Origin: a virus
IMG/VR virus record: IMGVR_UViG_3300013104_000002
Coordinates: 64,001-128,000 of that record
DNA: 64,000 nt
Strand: one strand, 5' to 3'
Every line of letters begins with the position of its first letter. The stretch's first letter is position 1. Both the position numbers and the translations under genes were made by a program. Below, piece by piece: positions 59,989 to 64,000 of the stretch. The notes below the pieces were generated by a model. It searched no databases. It saw only the letters and a program-made list of their open reading frames with translations, and was not told the DNA's origin.

Positions 59989-60356
59989 AAAAAGCACAAG
60001 AACTTAAAGGACTACAAAGTCAACTTAAGATAAAAGATGTACAAATAACTGAGAAAAAAGCTCAGATAGGAGAATTACAAAGAGAATTGAATGTTTTACA
60101 GAATTCGCGCCAAAAAATCTTAGACAAAATAGAAAGAATTAAACCTAAAGAACAACTGAGAGTAACAGAACACAGTCTTTTAAGATATATTCAACGTGTG
60201 AAGGGTATTGATTTAAAAGAGATTGAAAAAGAAATACTCGAGGATACTAGTTTAATAGAAGCCAGGAAAACTTTAGATACAGATGGTAAGTTTCCTTTAA
60301 AAGATGGAGGAAGAGTTGTAATAAAAAATTCAACAATTGTAACTGTAGAAAAGTAA
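59982..60356 (+). CDS. Coiled coil plus RelE/DUF4258-like domain
   Basis: VTEHSLLRYIQRV...VIKN.TIVTV. Confidence 0.5.
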   Translation: MLEKAQELKGLQSQLKIKDVQITEKKAQIGELQRELNVLQNSRQKILDKIERIKPKEQLRVTEHSLLRYIQRVKGIDLKEIEKEILEDTSLIEARKTLDTDGKFPLKDGGRVVIKNSTIVTVEK

Positions 60357-60591
60357 ATTATGAAACATTTTATCTATTTTGAATCTACCGAGGGAGGTAT
60401 GAAATCAAATAAATATTCATTTAAAGATAACAATATAGAATTTAATCTATTTGGTTGGATGAATAAAAAATCTGGATGTAATATTTCAGATACTCAACTA
60501 CTGAATTGGGCGAAAGAATGTAAAATAGGAGACTATTTTGAACATAGGATGGGGACTTGTGTTAGGGTAAGTAAATAAAAACAGAAATTTC

Positions 60592-60622
60592 TTTGGTAAA
60601 TTAAAAAATAGTATTAACTTTG
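60592..60622 (+). promoter_or_regulatory. Bacteroidota promoter
   Basis: TTTG-N19-TAACTTTG. Confidence 0.7.
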
Positions 60623-60639
60623 ACAAAATTATAAAAGAT

Positions 60640-61395
60640 ATGAAACTAAGTAAACCACTTATTTACCACGATTTAGAAACGACTGGTGTATCAACAGAAA
60701 ATGATCGTATAGTTGAAATAGCAGCAATTAAGTATTTTCCAGATGGAAGTACAGAGGAAAAACATTTTTTAATTAATCCTGAAATACCTATCCCTTTGGG
60801 GGCAGCAGAAGTGCATGGAATAACAGACGATAAAATTAAAGACGCACCTACATTCAAACAGTTAGCGGTATCTATGAGATCTTGGTTCGATGGATGCGAT
60901 TTAGCAGGTTATAATTCAGACCGTTTTGATGTTTTACTTTTGTCAGCAGAATTTGAGCGCGCAGGACTAGAAGGAATAACTTGGAATCCTGCATTGTTAG
61001 ATATTTTCACAATGTATAGAAAATTATTTCCTAATACGTTATCAGATGTTTACAAAAGATTGACAGGAAAAGTACTTGAAGGTGCTCACGGAGCTATCAA
61101 TGACATAAGATCAACTAAAGAAATAGCAGATATTTTAATTCCAAGTATGATTGAATTATCTGAAACACCTTTGGAAACTGTTGTTGATTTTGATAATTAC
61201 ATGCAGGGTAGTAATAAGAGGTATGATCTTGCGGGAAAGCTATATAAAGATGAAGAAGGGGTTGTTAGGTACAACTTTGGTAAGGATTTAGGTAAATCAG
61301 TTAAAGAGTTCCCTGGCTTCGGTCAATGGATGTTAAACCAATCTTTCCCCCAAGAGACAAAAAATAAATTAAAAGAACTAATATATAATAAATAA
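60640..61395 (+). CDS. DEDDh 3'-5' exonuclease (DnaQ-like)
   Basis: DLETTG, VHGITD, GYN..RFD, AHGA.ND; C-terminal NFGK..G motif. Confidence 0.92.
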   Translation: MKLSKPLIYHDLETTGVSTENDRIVEIAAIKYFPDGSTEEKHFLINPEIPIPLGAAEVHGITDDKIKDAPTFKQLAVSMRSWFDGCDLAGYNSDRFDVLLLSAEFERAGLEGITWNPALLDIFTMYRKLFPNTLSDVYKRLTGKVLEGAHGAINDIRSTKEIADILIPSMIELSETPLETVVDFDNYMQGSNKRYDLAGKLYKDEEGVVRYNFGKDLGKSVKEFPGFGQWMLNQSFPQETKNKLKELIYNK

Positions 61396-62336
61396 TGGAA
61401 GAAAAAAAGTACCTTTACTGGGCGATACAATCAAGTCAATCAGTAAACCCAACAGAAGAACAATTAGAGCTTTTTCAAGCTAAATATAAAGAAGATTATG
61501 AACAAGATTTAGTTTATGAAGGAGAAGATCTTTTAGATAAATTTAGATTAAATGGTTTTAGAAATCCTTTATTCAGCTCTATTACTTCGATCATTTTAGC
61601 TTTTGAGAACGGAGGAGAGATGAGAGTGAAATATATTACAGGAAGTGAGGCTGATTTGTTACAGAATTTTGTAAACCTATTACGAAACAGTTTTCAAGAT
61701 TATACCCTTATTAACTTTGATTCTGAAATTTTATTACCGTTTTTAGGTGTTCGCCTACATAAGAACAATTTTATCAACTTAATCCATCGAGACTTAAAAT
61801 ACCAAGGCGGAATGAGAAGCTGGAACTTTACAGGAATCTCAATAAAAGACTACTACAAAGGTGGAGGTAAATATAGTTTCTCTTTAAAAGAGATTGCTTA
61901 CATTTTAAATATTGACACACAAGGATTAATCAACCATCGTGATGAATTTACTTATGTAAATGCAGGGGATGAAGAAGCTTTAAAAATTTCGGCTATAAAA
62001 CAAGTAGAAGTAATGGCTGAGATTTGGAGAAAATTAAATGAACTTCCAAAACTGGAAACTAAATTAATTGAAGAAACAGTTAAAGATGTAGTTGAAGAGG
62101 AAAATACAGGGAAAACTCTTCTTAAGTCTATTTATCGCGCCGAAAACATTGACAACAAAACAAAAGAAGAATTGAAGAACCTTTTGGCTAAAAAGAAAAT
62201 TCTAAAAAAAGATAAAGCTATTATAGAAGAAATTCTGACATCAATTTACATCAGTAATGAAATGTTTAAAACAGATTCAGACGCGACAAAAGAAAGAAAA
62301 AAACAAGAAATTAAAGACTTACTAAATGAGTATTAA
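61395..62336 (+). CDS. PolB-type 3'-5' exonuclease-fold protein, apparently degenerate
   Basis: L.P.FS.I.SI, GSE.DLL..F, LPFL..R and SLKE.A..L.I resemble the family, but the ExoI D-x-E position reads AIQ. Confidence 0.55.
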   Translation: MEEKKYLYWAIQSSQSVNPTEEQLELFQAKYKEDYEQDLVYEGEDLLDKFRLNGFRNPLFSSITSIILAFENGGEMRVKYITGSEADLLQNFVNLLRNSFQDYTLINFDSEILLPFLGVRLHKNNFINLIHRDLKYQGGMRSWNFTGISIKDYYKGGGKYSFSLKEIAYILNIDTQGLINHRDEFTYVNAGDEEALKISAIKQVEVMAEIWRKLNELPKLETKLIEETVKDVVEEENTGKTLLKSIYRAENIDNKTKEELKNLLAKKKILKKDKAIIEEILTSIYISNEMFKTDSDATKERKKQEIKDLLNEY

Positions 62337-63075
62337 AATAGACTTACCTAAAAAATATAATTACGAAGAAGGGTCTTCCAGACCAGAATATAAAAAATAT
62401 AGTGGTTGGAATAAAGTATCTTATAGTCAGATTACAAGTTTTCTGAGTGATGAGTACAAAGGTGATTACTTTATGGGGTACTTTGTAGGTAAAAGAGATG
62501 ATGGAAACATATTCAGTTTTTTTGGTAGCGGTTGTGGTGACTACTTAAATCGAAAAGATCAGCGAGTAGATGAATACCTATCAGAAGATTGTAAAAAGAT
62601 TTTAGACTCAATTCAACAACCAGATAATGCTGATTATGAATATGAGATTTTAATTGATTTAGAGCCTTTTGGATTAGAAAAAACTGTTTTGCAGGGGTTT
62701 TCAGATATTCAGTACGAAATTGCCCCTAAAGTCCTAGAATTAGCAGATTACAAAACTTTGAACCTTGATAAGAAAAAAGAATTCTATGAATCAGATGACT
62801 ATCAACAGTTGAATACTTATGGATTTGGATTAGAAGAATTAGGGTTTACTATTAATAAAAGTTCTGTTTTTGGTTTAGGAAGAAAAGGAAATACTTTAGA
62901 TAAAACTAAATTTAGTTCTGCTGGAAATCCTTTATGGCTTAGATTAAGTGGAGAAGTTGAGGAAATTGACAGACCTTATAATAGAGAAGAAGCAAAGAAA
63001 TATGTTCAAAAAATTGCTGACACTTGTGTAAAGATAAATGAATATTTTAAAGTTTTTAATAAACACTTTAACTAA
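62326..63075 (+). CDS. PD-(D/E)XK exonuclease (RecB/Cas4-like)
   Basis: SYSQI, YE, GFSD, ADYKT, QL.TY. Confidence 0.85.
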   Translation: MSIKIDLPKKYNYEEGSSRPEYKKYSGWNKVSYSQITSFLSDEYKGDYFMGYFVGKRDDGNIFSFFGSGCGDYLNRKDQRVDEYLSEDCKKILDSIQQPDNADYEYEILIDLEPFGLEKTVLQGFSDIQYEIAPKVLELADYKTLNLDKKKEFYESDDYQQLNTYGFGLEELGFTINKSSVFGLGRKGNTLDKTKFSSAGNPLWLRLSGEVEEIDRPYNREEAKKYVQKIADTCVKINEYFKVFNKHFN

Positions 63076-63079
63076 TTTC

Positions 63080-63110
63080 TTGCATAATTAAAATAAAGGT
63101 TGTAGATTTG
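63080..63110 (+). promoter_or_regulatory. Bacteroidota promoter for the RNA genes
   Basis: TTG-N20-TAGATTTG; nearly identical to the promoter at 30448. Confidence 0.75.
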
Positions 63111-63119
63111 CAGTATTAA

Positions 63120-63244
63120 GTTGAGATGGTGGAATTAGTAGACACTATATTGAATAAAATCCATTGGTATGACAGGTATGCCTATTTAATATGAAAATGT
63201 GAATAATAGTAGCATTTATGTAGGTTCAAGTCCTACTCTTGACT
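63120..63244 (+). tRNA. Non-canonical tRNA-Leu-like RNA (125 nt, expanded anticodon arm)
   Basis: Acceptor GTTGAGA/TCTTGAC; D-arm GTG-gaattagtaga-CAC; T-arm GTAGG-TTCAAGT-CCTAC; long variable arm; no encoded CCA. Confidence 0.65.
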
Positions 63245-63277
63245 TATTCTTTTTTTGCGCGAAAATATTAACAATAC

Positions 63278-63372
63278 AACAAAGAGTACTGAATACAACT
63301 TAATAGCGCCATTATCCTTAGGGAGTGAATCAGTGATATAATCGTGGGTAAAATTATCAATAACTCTTTGTT
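63278..63372 (+). ncRNA. Putative three-way-junction RNA
   Basis: AACAAAGAGT/ACTCTTTGTT closing stem; ACTGA/TCAGT and TGAT..TAAT/ATTATCA inner stems. Confidence 0.5.
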
Positions 63373-63698
63373 TAACTTTAAAATACTAACATGAAAGAGT
63401 ATATTAGAAAAACTATAAATGTAGATAAAGATTCTATTCATTTAAAAGAGATTATGAAAACAGAGTATGAACCTGGATTTGATCCACATGATTCTTTTTC
63501 GTATGATATTTTTGCAGGAATAAAAGTAACTTATAAAGAATAAATTATGAACGATTTAAAATACTTTTTAATAACTATTTGTGTAGTAATTACATTGATA
63601 GTTTTAGGTACAGATTTTGAACATTATTTAAAATCCGCCGAAAAACAAAAAGAATTAGAGATAAAAAGATTAGAATTATTAATTAAATTGAAGAAATA

Positions 63699-63947
63699 AT
63701 GATAGTATCAGAATTAATTTCAATAATAGTAGCTGTTTTATTTATGGTTATACTGATTGTAAGATATAGAATAACTAAAGAGGCTAACTTTTTTGTTTAT
63801 CTCTTTGAAAGAGGAATTGGAGGTTGGTTTCTTAAATTCTTTTCACTGTATTTTATTTTAGCCGTTATTTCTCACTGGTTTGCATTTTTTATCGGCGATA
63901 TTAAGCTAGAAATAGATTGGAGTTTTTTAAATTATAAAGTATTTTAA
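63699..63947 (+). CDS. Small membrane protein
   Basis: Two TM segments. Confidence 0.55.
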   Translation: MIVSELISIIVAVLFMVILIVRYRITKEANFFVYLFERGIGGWFLKFFSLYFILAVISHWFAFFIGDIKLEIDWSFLNYKVF

Positions 63948-64000
63948 ATTGAACAAACCATTAATAACATCAGTAGTTTTAGCTATTATAGCAATAACCT

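Larger units (their letters stand above)
45210..60578 (+). other. Array of about 50 small, co-oriented early/host-takeover-type genes
   Basis: Dense 40-160 aa ORFs with A-rich leaders and repeated intergenic motifs. Confidence 0.75.

Noticed and set aside
22942-60857. Short minus-strand ORFs within plus-strand genes (22942, 25003, 35406, 36592, 47258, 57634, 60663 and others)
   Set aside because: Antisense shadows with no motif support.
1-64000. Stop-codon reassignment (TAG or TGA), known in some crAss-like phages
   Set aside because: The large structural and enzyme genes are intact under the standard code, and TAG/TGA act as stops at coupled gene junctions.
1-64000. Prophage or integrative element
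   Set aside because: No integrase, repressor, att site or flanking host genes were seen.

Overview
This window is an AT-rich 64 kb fragment of a large lytic dsDNA phage of the crAss-like (Crassvirales-type) group. The host is very likely a Bacteroidota (Flavobacterium-like) bacterium: many genes carry TTTG-N19-21-TAnnTTTG promoters and A-rich leaders without Shine-Dalgarno sites. The standard genetic code appears to be used. Positions 1-22052 (minus strand) form the late block: GroES-like and HU-like genes, terminase, portal, scaffold-like protein, major capsid protein, ring/structural proteins, a GIY-YIG homing endonuclease, holin-like genes, a GH19 endolysin, a tail fibre and a tail protein with an SGNH esterase domain. 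Positions 22240-42432 (plus strand) carry DNA-metabolism and accessory genes: RecA-like, UvsY-like, endonuclease II-like, PhoH, dNTP diphosphohydrolase, SSB, GroEL, a minimal protein kinase, a C5-MTase and HNH endonucleases. Positions 43700-45200 hold a divergence point with an orphan Panacea antitoxin and a non-coding, terminus-like region. Positions 45210-64000 form an array of about 50 small early-type genes, followed by a second C5-MTase and three nuclease-fold genes. The most unusual content is non-coding: (i) a ~30-bp repeat ending in TTTTSGCGCGAA at gene junctions of the small-gene array, often supplying the stop codon of the upstream gene; (ii) several predicted structured RNAs, including a tRNA-Leu-like RNA with a rebuilt anticodon arm, a 60-nt mini-tRNA, a promoter-driven cluster of three structured RNAs after phoH, and a two-hairpin kissing-loop leader upstream of a putative replication protein. 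Four ORFs are broken by single lesions. All functional calls come from motif recognition by eye; no database search or folding program was run.
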